Origin: Calditrichia bacterium
Lineage (GTDB): Bacteria; Calditrichota; Calditrichia; JAJRVZ01
NCBI GenBank assembly: GCA_963796965.1
Contig: CAWCNS010000007.1
Span: 608,001-672,000, forward strand
Length of the DNA: 64,000 nucleotides
Reading direction: 5' to 3'
The translations under genes and the position numbers were made by a program. Below the pieces are notes generated by a model. That model was not told where the DNA came from, made no database searches, and saw only the letters and a list, made by a program, of their open reading frames with translations. Below, in pieces: positions 31,486 to 42,321 of the stretch; position 1 is the first letter of the stretch; each line of letters opens with the position of its first letter.

Positions 31486-32778
31486 TTAAACCAACGGTGT
31501 TTGCCCTGGCAGCGAAACCGGAACGACCGGCAATGGTCCCATTTCATATTTGGCCGGTGACAAATCCTGTTTTGATGCCTTCATGATCCAGTCCCATTTT
31601 AATTCACGGCCCGTATAAGCGCTGGTCCGCCCCATAATCGCCGTCATAGTCGCCTCGGCTACCAGTTTACCATCATTCATATACTCACCTTTTCGGATGC
31701 CATCAATCAGATGTGCGAACAGAACTTCTTCCGGATTCTTTTTTTCACCCTCAAACCGCCAGGGATTTTCACCCTCAATCCGTGCTGTTGCCCGGTCTAC
31801 CGTTCCCCAGCCTTTGCTACCCTGGATACGATTTGAAACACGGTTTGTTGTACCCGCCATTTGTGCCGACATGGCCAGATTCCGCATGCCACCTTCATAT
31901 TCATATTCGACTGTAAAATGATCATAGATATTACCAAACTCCGGACCTGTTCGCACTGCTCTTCCCCCCATGCCCAAACAGGATACGGGTGTACTATCCA
32001 TCATCCAGTTCAGTACATCTAGATTATGTACAATTTGTTCAACATAACAATCACCAGAGAGCCAGGTGAAATAAGGCCAGCAGCGGATTTGCCATTCCAT
32101 ATCCGACCATTCCGGTTTTCTTGGCTGCCAATGCCATTTCACCATATCACCTGCCCAATAGGCCTGTGCACTGCCAATTTCACCGATCTGACCATCATTA
32201 ACCCGTTTGATTAATTCAATATACTGCGGCATCCAACGTTGCTGGAATCCGGCAGCAATAGCAACACCTTTTTGTTTGGCCAATTCAGTACTTTCAAGTA
32301 AGGATCGAATTCCAACAGGATCCACTGCTCCTGGTTTTTCCATAAAAATATGTTTTCCTGCTTCAACAGATGCTCTCAGCATCATCGGACGAAATCCCGG
32401 AGGGGTGGTTAGAAGAACCAGATCTACTTCCTTCATGCCCAAAACTTTTTTATAGGCATCAAAACCGAGATACATGGTATCAGGTGTCACTTTTATCTTT
32501 TCCTTATCTAAAACCTCTTTTTGGACTTTTTCGATTGATTTATCCAATTGATCCTGAAACATATCGGCCATGGCAACCAATGCAACGCCCTTAGAAGATT
32601 TCAGACATCTGATTAGATCATAAGTCCCTCGTCCGCCAGCACCAATGATTGCAACACCCAATTGGTCTGAGTCGGCTGCAAAAAGCCGGCCTGCATTGGC
32701 ACTTATTATGGCGCCACCAGAGATATAAGCGCTCTGTTTGATAAAGTTCCTGCGGGATAAATCTTTTCCTGTTTTCAT
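31486..32778 (-). CDS. Tat-exported Gfo/Idh/MocA oxidoreductase
   Basis: SRRNFIK Tat motif; IIGAGGRG, TPPGFRP, FMEKP and EQIVHNLD motifs. Confidence 0.92.
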   Translation of the reverse strand: MKTGKDLSRRNFIKQSAYISGGAIISANAGRLFAADSDQLGVAIIGAGGRGTYDLIRCLKSSKGVALVAMADMFQDQLDKSIEKVQKEVLDKEKIKVTPDTMYLGFDAYKKVLGMKEVDLVLLTTPPGFRPMMLRASVEAGKHIFMEKPGAVDPVGIRSLLESTELAKQKGVAIAAGFQQRWMPQYIELIKRVNDGQIGEIGSAQAYWAGDMVKWHWQPRKPEWSDMEWQIRCWPYFTWLSGDCYVEQIVHNLDVLNWMMDSTPVSCLGMGGRAVRTGPEFGNIYDHFTVEYEYEGGMRNLAMSAQMAGTTNRVSNRIQGSKGWGTVDRATARIEGENPWRFEGEKKNPEEVLFAHLIDGIRKGEYMNDGKLVAEATMTAIMGRTSAYTGRELKWDWIMKASKQDLSPAKYEMGPLPVVPVSLPGQTPLV

Positions 32779-32796
32779 GATGTTTTCCTTTATATT

Positions 32797-33012
32797 ATCA
32801 TTTTGTCAAACGCAGTATGTCATCCTGAAAGGATCCTCCTACATGATGAGATTTTATCGACACGGCGTAAGATTCCTATCCCGAGACGCGATCCCGTTCC
32901 GGGACGGAATGACAACAATAAATCATTCTGTCAAACGCAGTATGTCATCCTGAAAGGATCCTCCTACATGATGAGATTGTATCAGCACGGGGGAAGATTC
33001 CTCCGGAATGAC
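32797..33012. repeat. tandem duplication (125-bp period) of a family-C-like element
   Basis: ATCATT(T/C)TGTCAAACGCAGTATGTCATCCTGAAAGGATCCTCCTACATGATGAGATT at 32797 and 32922; a third relative lies at 36745-36840. Confidence 0.85.
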
Positions 33013-33053
33013 AGGTGTATTCATTGTCCTCCTGGAAGGATCTTACTACAAAA

Positions 33054-34328
33054 TCAATCATTATCCAAGACCCGAATATTATCCGTTTTTTCACCCTCCA
33101 CCAGAACAAGATCCTTCTCGCCACGAAATTGATTATCTTTTACAACAATATTTTTCACTTTTGATCCCTCAATCCTGATCGCAGCGATCTGGGTATCAGA
33201 CGTATAAAAAATATTATCCGATATGAGATAATCCTGTGTAAATGTATTAGTCGGATCATGAGCTGAATTAATCGTTATATTCGCATTCCACACCTGATTG
33301 GCCTTTTTCCCGTTCGGTTTCCGCCCATTTCGGTCAAATATATTGTCGGATACGATCAGACCGATACAATTAGGGGCCCAGAGACCTTCTCTTCCGCTAT
33401 TGATGACTATATTACCACGTAGCAGGCAATTAACCGAACCACGCTCAATTGTGCAACCACGGGAGCCATTATCACGCATGATATTATCCGAACCCGTTAC
33501 ATTTTCACACCCTTCAAGAAAATAACCGCCCATTTGGGCGCTATATATTTTATTTTGTACAATCTGCCCTTGCTTACATTTATAAAAATGGGTGCCGTCT
33601 GAGCGGGATCGTTCAAACCGACATCCCCTTACAGTAAAATCATTGACATAGTAAAAAGCAATTAGACCCTGATCGTGACGATGGCTATCCTTTTCAGGAC
33701 CTGGTCGTTCCGAAAGATAATCACCATAATAGTTGCAGCCATCTTCGGCCATAACATTTGTCACCCAAATATCCCGGGCAATAGCCTCCTCAGTACCAAA
33801 GACACCAATGGCATTACTGGTCAGATCATGTATGTACATATCTCTGATGCGAATATTTTTTGATCTTCCAGTAAAATAAATCCCGCGGATATTGACACCT
33901 TCCGGCCATTCACCCAATTCACCCTGGATTTCACCACCAATCAAAGTGACATTTTGCAGGTCATTCCCAATAAATGCCTGCCCATCGGAAGTACAGTCTT
34001 TTTTTAATTGAAATACGGCCCCCTGTAAAAGCAGAGTCAGATCTGAATGCAACTTCAGACCTTTTTCATCGATCAGATAGGTCATTGGTGGAAAAGTTAA
34101 GACCGCATTCGTTCCTTTAATCCTATCCAGGGCCTTCTGGATTTCAGCCTGGTAACTGACCGACCCATCCTTTTTGTAGTCTTGTGGCAGAAATTCTGTT
34201 ATCGATAATAGGTTATGAGTGGTCTCCGCATTGATATTTTGGGAAAACCCAGATATAACATAGCATAAACTAAAGAGAACGATTAAAAGAATTAATCTCC
34301 TATACCTAAAATGGTTTCTATTTACCAT
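33054..34328 (-). CDS. right-handed parallel beta-helix protein (pectin-lyase-like fold)
   Basis: Signal peptide, IQKALD...LTFPPMTY N-cap and repeated N/G-rich beta-helix coils. Confidence 0.8.
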   Translation of the reverse strand: MVNRNHFRYRRLILLIVLFSLCYVISGFSQNINAETTHNLLSITEFLPQDYKKDGSVSYQAEIQKALDRIKGTNAVLTFPPMTYLIDEKGLKLHSDLTLLLQGAVFQLKKDCTSDGQAFIGNDLQNVTLIGGEIQGELGEWPEGVNIRGIYFTGRSKNIRIRDMYIHDLTSNAIGVFGTEEAIARDIWVTNVMAEDGCNYYGDYLSERPGPEKDSHRHDQGLIAFYYVNDFTVRGCRFERSRSDGTHFYKCKQGQIVQNKIYSAQMGGYFLEGCENVTGSDNIMRDNGSRGCTIERGSVNCLLRGNIVINSGREGLWAPNCIGLIVSDNIFDRNGRKPNGKKANQVWNANITINSAHDPTNTFTQDYLISDNIFYTSDTQIAAIRIEGSKVKNIVVKDNQFRGEKDLVLVEGEKTDNIRVLDND

Positions 34329-34703
34329 TCTCTAACTCCTTGCATTTTAAATGCAAAAACATCTGGGTTTGTCATCCCGAAAGCATTTTCTCTCGCAGAG
34401 ACGCGGAGACGCAGAGGATTTTTATTGTTGGGGCCAGACGAGCGGCCACCACTATAAAATCATGATGTCTGTCATGCTGAACTTGCCTGGCCTGAACTCG
34501 TTTCAGGGCTTCAGCATCTCTTATTTTCTATCTATTATTTTGTTGACAAAATGAGATCCTGAAATAAATTCAGGATGACCATCAATACGCTGAGACAAAA
34601 CTCAGAATCAATAAAAAATTCTTCGTGTGCTTCCTCAATGAAGTCTCTTTGAGAGCGCCTCCTTCGTGAACCCTCGTGATATATCTTCTATAATACCGCA
34701 TCA

Positions 34704-36695
34704 TCAATCCAAAGCCGTTACCTTCAGGTTGCCAATTCTAAAGACGGCCCTGGCACCAATCGCCCGAAAACCTATTTTTCCATCTTTAGGGATAAGATCT
34801 TCAGCGATATTATCATCAATAAAACCTGAGATCACCTTACCATCAACCTGCAATTGGCAAAGGCCGCCTTGTTTAATAATCGCCACATGATAAACCTGGC
34901 CGATTTTTTCACAGGGATCCGGGCCCTGCCCGACCAAATTTAGCCCCGGATTTCTTCGCCAATTTGAGACGCCTGTATGCATCCCCTCATCATTGTAACG
35001 GCTCAAAGAGATATGATAAGATCTTGTTGACGCCTCTTTTCCCGTATAATCGATAAATTTTCCCTCTCGGGGAGGTACACCGGTAATGGCATCTTCACCC
35101 TTAACGCCTTTCATCCCCAGAAAAGTCAATAAAAGACCGTTTTTCTCTTCTGTGTACAGATCATATTCCATACAAATATTGTCAGGCAAATCCTGTTTCA
35201 AAAAGGCCTGCACACCTACACCACCCTGTTGAGAGCCACTGCAATCCAGTTTTAACCAGCCCCCGTCAGCCAATGAAGCGCCATCTTTATGGCCTTCCAA
35301 ATGCCAGCGATCCAGATTGTTAAAATCTTCCTTAAACAGCCGTTCGCCCTGAGGTACAATTATATGATGGAGTGCCTGGTTTCCGATACCATCTGTATTT
35401 GATGCCACCAATTCCTGAAGGGATTTGGGAATTGTTGCCACGCACACATCTGCAGAGCCTAAACGGTGTGACGTAAAGATTACCTGGTTTCCTTTGCGAT
35501 CCCAGCCAGGATGCGGATGATCGCCACTGCCATAGGTGCGGTGATCTCCCGTCAGAAGATGTTGCCGGCTGCTCATCCCTTCAAAAAGCATGATATCACC
35601 GTGCCAGTTATCGGAGACCACCCAACGGCCATTATCGCTGCCCGAAGGATGCCACCAGTTGAGACGACTCATTGCCTTTTCAGTCGCATCCGGCCACCAG
35701 GATCCGGCACCAATAATCCGCACATCACCGCTTTCCACATCAAGCACCTTCACATGTGACCAGTCTTTTCCGGTTGGGATAGCCGTTGCACCGGTAAAAA
35801 TAATCGTATTATTTACCCACCAGATGGCATGGGTAACCAATTCATTTTCAATAGCCCGATAAACATTTTTATAGATACCCGTATTGATATCCACCACCCA
35901 TAATCGCTGACAGCGCCCCAGATAGTCTTCCCGTCCCTTTGATTCTCTTCGCGGTCCTGCACGAAAGGGATAGGGTTCCATTCGTGAAGAAAAACTGAGT
36001 AGATTTGGATCTGTGCGGCTCCACTGTACATGAACAGCAAATCCCCGGTCCGGTGGCAAGGAAACCAGTTCTCGTTGTGTCCCTTTTTCAATATCAATTA
36101 AAAATAGTTGAGGGCCACCATTAAGCCCAAATCCAATTGTTGAGTAGGCCAGATATTTTCCGTCACAGCTTTCATTGATATCAAAGTATTTATCACTGGA
36201 CTTCAGATCGCAGAGAACGCGAATGCGGGCCTCGGCGGTAGATATTTTCTTCGCGCCCCCAGAGGGAGAAACTTTTATTTCCAGTTCGACGGCTTTTTCA
36301 TTCCAGATGGCAAAAACAGTATTACGATAAACAGCAGCAGTTGCCCGGCTGATGGGTTTACCATCGGGACCATTAAGATAAAGGAGCTCACCTGTTTTGA
36401 TAAAATATGCCATCAATCCGCCGTTCTCTCTTTGCGAATAAAACAGGATTGAAGAGCTATTAGATAACCAGGAACGTTGATGATAATAGAGATTGATATC
36501 TATAGCTGGATTTGATGTAAGGTATAATAATTCCGCTCCGGTTTTATCGTCTTGTTCTATACGATGCTCCGGAGGTGCAACCAGAATATTGTACCATGCA
36601 CCCCATTCAGGTACCTGTGCAGCGAGATCAGAATTAATTAAACCGGTAATAAGGAGAAAAACAACTCTCAATAAATATTTAAAGTTATACTTCAT
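34704..36695 (-). CDS. oligogalacturonate-lyase-like beta-propeller fused to a YesU/DUF1961-like domain
   Basis: DDKTGAELLYLTS, NLYYHQRSW, HVQWS, ELVTH and DHPHPGW motifs; C-terminal YHISLSR...WRRNPG...GKIGFR. Confidence 0.65.
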   Translation of the reverse strand: MKYNFKYLLRVVFLLITGLINSDLAAQVPEWGAWYNILVAPPEHRIEQDDKTGAELLYLTSNPAIDINLYYHQRSWLSNSSSILFYSQRENGGLMAYFIKTGELLYLNGPDGKPISRATAAVYRNTVFAIWNEKAVELEIKVSPSGGAKKISTAEARIRVLCDLKSSDKYFDINESCDGKYLAYSTIGFGLNGGPQLFLIDIEKGTQRELVSLPPDRGFAVHVQWSRTDPNLLSFSSRMEPYPFRAGPRRESKGREDYLGRCQRLWVVDINTGIYKNVYRAIENELVTHAIWWVNNTIIFTGATAIPTGKDWSHVKVLDVESGDVRIIGAGSWWPDATEKAMSRLNWWHPSGSDNGRWVVSDNWHGDIMLFEGMSSRQHLLTGDHRTYGSGDHPHPGWDRKGNQVIFTSHRLGSADVCVATIPKSLQELVASNTDGIGNQALHHIIVPQGERLFKEDFNNLDRWHLEGHKDGASLADGGWLKLDCSGSQQGGVGVQAFLKQDLPDNICMEYDLYTEEKNGLLLTFLGMKGVKGEDAITGVPPREGKFIDYTGKEASTRSYHISLSRYNDEGMHTGVSNWRRNPGLNLVGQGPDPCEKIGQVYHVAIIKQGGLCQLQVDGKVISGFIDDNIAEDLIPKDGKIGFRAIGARAVFRIGNLKVTALD

Positions 36696-36963
36696 ATAAA
36701 TTCATTTCCATAATATAAATCTGTAATTAGTTATTTCGCACTAAATGTCATCCTGAAAGGATCTTTCTATGTGCAGATATTTTTTCGACACGAAGAAAGA
36801 TTCCTTCTGAATGACAGGTGTATTTATTGCCATCCTGACAATTTTTTATTCTTTGCTTTATTTGCACAGTCATCAAAATTCGTCAAATTCGTAATAATTC
36901 GGCCTGGCCCCGTATAACGAGGTCTCAGGAGGCGTTCTACGAGCGTAATTCGTGGACAAAATT

Positions 36964-38113
36964 CTATTTTTTACGAAAATTTTCAACCCTGTGAAAGGTC
37001 ATATAATTGGCATCGTGTGAATTATGCGCACCGCCCACCCCATCATCATAAGCTGTACGTGATACTGCAATAATGTCTTCTTCCTCAAACAGCCAATCAA
37101 GATACTGAAATCCTGATTTTGTATAATCATCTGACCGCAATATCACCGATCTGACTTCCCAATTGTAAAGATTCTGAGAGGATATTAAAGCGACAGTATT
37201 ACGGGTTCTTTCTGGATTCCATTTTCCAACATCATCGGGATGAATCCAATTTGTCAGGGACCAGTACAGTTGGGTTTTATCATCATAGCGGATGGTAAAT
37301 TTCTTACACCCTCCCGGAAAGTCGATAAATCCCTTGTTTTCATCAAATTTAATAGTTTTTCCATCCCCCGAGACCTGAACAACAACTGCTTTCCCGCCAT
37401 TCTTCCTTTCATCTACCCTTAAAATATTAACAAGCGTTCCCTGTGGTGTTACGACCATATTGCCTTCCAGCCAGCCCGTATACGGCTCCCAATTGCCCCA
37501 GATCAATTTATTGCTGACAGTCCAGTCTATCAGCGTTCAAGAGATCTGAATTTAAAGCCGCGCTCATCACTAAAGGTTTAAAACTGATCCCCCATTTTCC
37601 GGAATAATCCTCAAAAGCCCTCCAGATCCGGCCATTATGCACCAGGACCGGCACGGGAGCACAATGATATTTACTATCACTTAAAAGTATTCCTGATTTC
37701 TCGGAAGTTCCAGTCCAGGATCTGCCACCATTATCAGAGCGTCGGATGATCACATCGCCCCTCTGCTTACTGGTGCCAATTATATAGAGTTTCCCTCTGT
37801 GTACAAAGAGTGAAGACCAAAATTGTGAGGGCAATTCCGTTAGTATTTCCCAGGTTTTTCCCCTGTCGGCTGAACGGTGAATACGTGAATTGTTATTTTG
37901 TAATTCTGGTCCAAAAAAGTCGTGAGAAGCGACATATTCACCATTTGGTAAGATAGCAATGCTTGGAGAACCGATGTACCGACCAGAGGAGGCCGGTGAA
38001 TAATCAATAATAATACCGGGTACTTTGGAATGATCCACCTCATCCTTACATCCAACACCAAACAAGAGGAAAATACAAAATATCAATATCCAACATATCA
38101 ATCTATTTACCAT
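36964..38113 (-). CDS. BNR/sialidase-like lipoprotein, frameshifted near 37510
   Basis: [50 protein letters not shown] and HNSHDAN motifs. Confidence 0.82.
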
Positions 38114-38158
38114 AGATATTTCCTTTCTCTTTTCCCTTTTCCCTTTTCCCTTTTGCCT

Positions 38159-39058
38159 TTAACCTGTAGCGCCAAAATCTTTCTTATATTTCTCCAAACA
38201 CTCTTCTTTGCTGCCTTTAAATAAATATATTTTGCCCTTAATCTTTTTTGTCTTGCCCCTTGCTAATGGTCCAATCCTTACCGACAAATGCATGCATTTC
38301 CAGGGATTATGCCCCTGAACAGAGAGAAAATCATCCCAGGCGATACCCATTATCCATGTTTGATCTTCCGATTCCCGAATCATCAGACCCGCTTTGGCAT
38401 TCCGACTAGAGGTAGGCCATTTATTTGAAAATACAAATTGGTCATCCTCCTCCTTCTCCCAGGCCAGAATAGAGGGTAGAAATTCTTCATTAAAATGTAT
38501 CTCCCGGGGAAATTTTTCTCCCCTGATCAAATCAAGACCATTTTCAGTCAAAAACCAGGTATTTTCATAGGCATCATCAAAAAAGATTGGATTTTCTTGA
38601 GCATCTGTATTCCCTCGCTCAGATCCAGGATTAAAACAGGGAATCATCGCTGCAATGTCAGGCCAGTCGTGATCGGAATTATTGGTAATTTCCAGATGCA
38701 TATCAGCTCCATACTGTGACGCCCACACCCTCAATTTTATCCAGCCTGCATCCATCATGGCAGTCTGGCCATTCGGATCAATCTGCCAGAACCAATCCCG
38801 CCGACCAGAGGTATGTTCGCCTTTTTTATACCATCAAATATATGCCATTCATAAAACCATAAATAGGCAAATTTTGTCGAATCCTCCTTCGATTGTACTT
38901 TCACTCCCCTGTCCCATAAACTAAGTCTGGATGTTATCCTTTTCAGGCCTTTTTTCATGACTACAGGAGGATAAAAAGAGCCCAAAGACAACCATAAACA
39001 CGGGAAGCACTATAACACCTGAGTTAAAATTGTGCCCAATATCCATGAAGATATCCAT
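38159..39058 (-). CDS. hypothetical lipoprotein split by frameshifts
   Basis: Lipobox-like FLSSC in an upstream frame, then AYLWFYEW, then IPCFNPG...QGHNPWKCMHLSVRIGPL; function unknown. Confidence 0.6.
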
Positions 39059-39274
39059 TTTAAACAATTCATTCTTCGTCATACCTGACTATTTAGTTGA
39101 TCTTTGCAAAGACGCTAAGACCAGACCCGTTGGCAATGTAAAATTCAGGTGACTCGATGTAAATACGTAATAATTTTTAATCCACGAATTGCACTAATGA
39201 ACACGGATTATTATATCTTTTAAATCAAAAGTGTCCGGTTAGGATTTAGATATCTATTAATAAACACTGTAATA

Positions 39275-42125
39275 TCAATAGATCTGATCAGTTTCCCAGC
39301 ATTGTATTATTATTTTTGCTCTTTCCTTAATTTCTTGCGAGTCATATACGGTGTTAAAGTCAACAGGTTGATCATACCTGTCATTTACCCTTAAACACGT
39401 CTCCCAGTTACCTCCCATATTTGGCACTTTTAACAAAATACGGTTCTCACCTTTTTTCAACCTGACTCTTATAACATCTTCATCCAGTTTCAAAGCCCGT
39501 CCTATATCCAGGTTTGAATGGATTAATTTTTCATTAACCCAGCAAGCAACACCATCATTACTACCTATCCGAAAGACATACTCTCCATCCCCAGGAAGTG
39601 ATAACTCAGTATATGCATAGGCAATACCCTGGCGTTTGCCAAAAAGATCGTGAAAAGAAATAATGCCATGAGGATTTCGGGATTGGACCAATTGCCAACT
39701 GACCTTTTCTCCACTAAAAATTTGGCTTTGAGAAAATTCAATCCGCTTTTCCGGGAAATACGAATCCATATCCGGATCTTGATCTTTTTTAGGGAACGGC
39801 CCAACCACCCACCATTTAGTATTAAAACCTTTTTTATGGGCCATTATTTGTAAAATACCGGACATTTCGGGAATATTTTTACCCATCCAATTATTGATTT
39901 GCTTTATCGCCTCCAGATCTTCTGACTTTAAAAGTATATCCAGAAGATTTATCGGCTCTTCTTCCCTTAATTGATCTTCATGGCGCAGTAAGATTTTTAG
40001 AGAAGAAGTGGCGAGCTATTTGAGATAATCCCTCATTTTTGACAAATGGCCGAATATAGTAAAGCGATCCTATCGTACCTATCTCTTCGAGTTTTTTTAA
40101 GGCATGACGTATGTCAAAAAAAGCCGCATCATTTTTAAGAATCTGATGATAATATTCTCTGGCTACGAGCGTATTGCCGGATTCAAAGTATTTATCAGCA
40201 ACTGAGTTATAGCTGGAAAATAGCGCCTGACGAACTATACGCGACTTGCTTTCCAACACACCCGCAAACAATGAAAATTCTGTTATAGAATCTTTGTAGC
40301 GCAAACAGGAAACAGCTGCTGCCTTCATTTCTTCATCCGGCCCTTTTATCCCCACTATCATTAAAGGATGAGCGGTCTTAATATCCGATTGGGCAATAAA
40401 CCTCAATAATTGATTTTTTTTCTTAGTATCCTGTAATAGGTGATAACGGCGAACCATTTCAGAGAGATTCTTTTCAGAAGGAGGTTGTGATAAGAAAAAT
40501 AGAAGATCTTTTTCAGAAATATCTCCCTCTTTACGATTTCTTGCTTCCACAAACTGATGTAGTTTAAGCATAACTCTGCTATCATAGACGGCACAATTAA
40601 TCCAATCCTCTATAAATTCTCCTTTCAGAAGACGCCACCAGGTGGAATATCGCCCCTCATAACGCTCTTGTATGACCGTCATATTATTGGCGAGGCTAAT
40701 TGCTTTAGCCAGATAAAGATCTTCGCCTGTCGCCTCATATATGGCCTGATAAGTAGCAATTAATTTTGAGGCGCTGGCATCCACGGCTTCATAAAATCGA
40801 TACTGCTCCAAAACACCTGGCGTCAACCAGTTAAAGGAGTTGCTCTGATCAGGAAGCGGTTTTTCCCAGACAACGAACTGGTCTTCAGCAAAACGAGCAA
40901 GTTCTTTCGCAATTTGAATATTCTCCGAATTTCGTCTTTCTGGATCCAAAAGATAGATGGCATAAGAACAGGCTTGATGTTTGGTCAAATTCTGGTAAGG
41001 ACCTTGAAGAATAATATCCTCGTATTGACCTTCCCAATTAAACGATTTGAGAGGATTTTGCTCGATCCATTCCAAGGCTTTGTTTCTGGATTCCTCGTAC
41101 TGATCCAGATCGTATTGGCTAATAAAACGGTCAAATAATTCAACAATATCTATGGGAATAGATTCGTTAGGATTGACGGGTTCTCCGGACTGCATATACA
41201 GTTTTAATTTCCAGGTACCATTTGGTAATTGTAGTTTAAGGTAGGTTTCTGCAATCCTGGTGGCCGCCAGATAATATTTTTTATCGCCCGTAGCATCAAA
41301 TAGATCCAAATATATTCTTGCTGCTTCAGAGGGAACATTTAGCATGATTTGTCCCTTAAACCAGGCAGCAGACAGGGCATCACCTTGATAGGTGGGAGGA
41401 AAATATGCCAGGGGTGCATCTGCGGGTTCACTAATACTTATCAGATAATCAGCTGCAAACCTGGCTACCTTCATCGCCTCCAGCGAATCCTTGGATTCGA
41501 GTCCAGCATAAAGGAGCATGCCCTCAGCAACAGCGCCAATGATCTTTGAGGCATAACAATTTAATTCATATGATGCATCAGGCTCTCCTGTTTTTAACCA
41601 GTGTTGGATATGATCCTGATTAAATAAAGTTTTTAAGGCCAGTTTTGCACTTTCTTTGTAGGTCAGAACCGGACTTTGATAGGGACCGTTGAAGGGGGCA
41701 GCCTTATAAAAACGTCTGGTGCCAGCAATTCCAATTACCTCCCCACTCTCATCTTCCCCTTCAGCAGTAAGTTTCACATTGCCTATAGGTAGATCTTGCC
41801 AGATTGGAGTCAATAAGTCCCACGGCTTGTCGGATTTAAAGGTGTAGGTTTGACCATCTGTCTCTGAATAAGCAGAAAATTTATAGTGTCTTGCTCCCTT
41901 TATTTCTTTAAAATCAAATGAAGGAACCTGAATAAATCTTCTGGCCAACCCATTCCAGAAAGGTTGTTCTCCGGGTACTCCCGGTCTAACCGGAATTAAT
42001 GTTTCCTTAAGGGCCTGATCAGTAAAAGTACCCTCATTTTTTTTTGAATCACAGGATATGCAAACTAGGACCAACCCCAGCAATAGTACAAGCAGATAAT
42101 TATACTGAGTCTTTTGAATTGTCAT
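39275..42125 (-). CDS. large lipoprotein: alpha/alpha-barrel-like region, HEAT-like repeats and C-terminal beta-sandwich; frameshifted near 40000
   Basis: Lipobox CISC, YLLKLQLPNGTW, NWEGQYED and RFAEDQFVVWE motifs; the downstream ORF carries a WWVVGPF...GSNDGV...LKKGENRILLK module. Confidence 0.65.
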
Positions 42126-42321
42126 AAATTTATTTCCTATTTTGAGTTATTCAAGATATTTTTTTAAGGATTAAATGTAACATAAAGCCAATGCATAAAT
42201 CCCCCTTTTGCTAAGGGAAAACTTTACTTTTGCTATTTAACAGATTTAATTTTCATAAATTGATGAGGTCATAATCATGATTTATTTTTAATCACGATAG
42301 ATACCTCATGCAGATTCTCCT

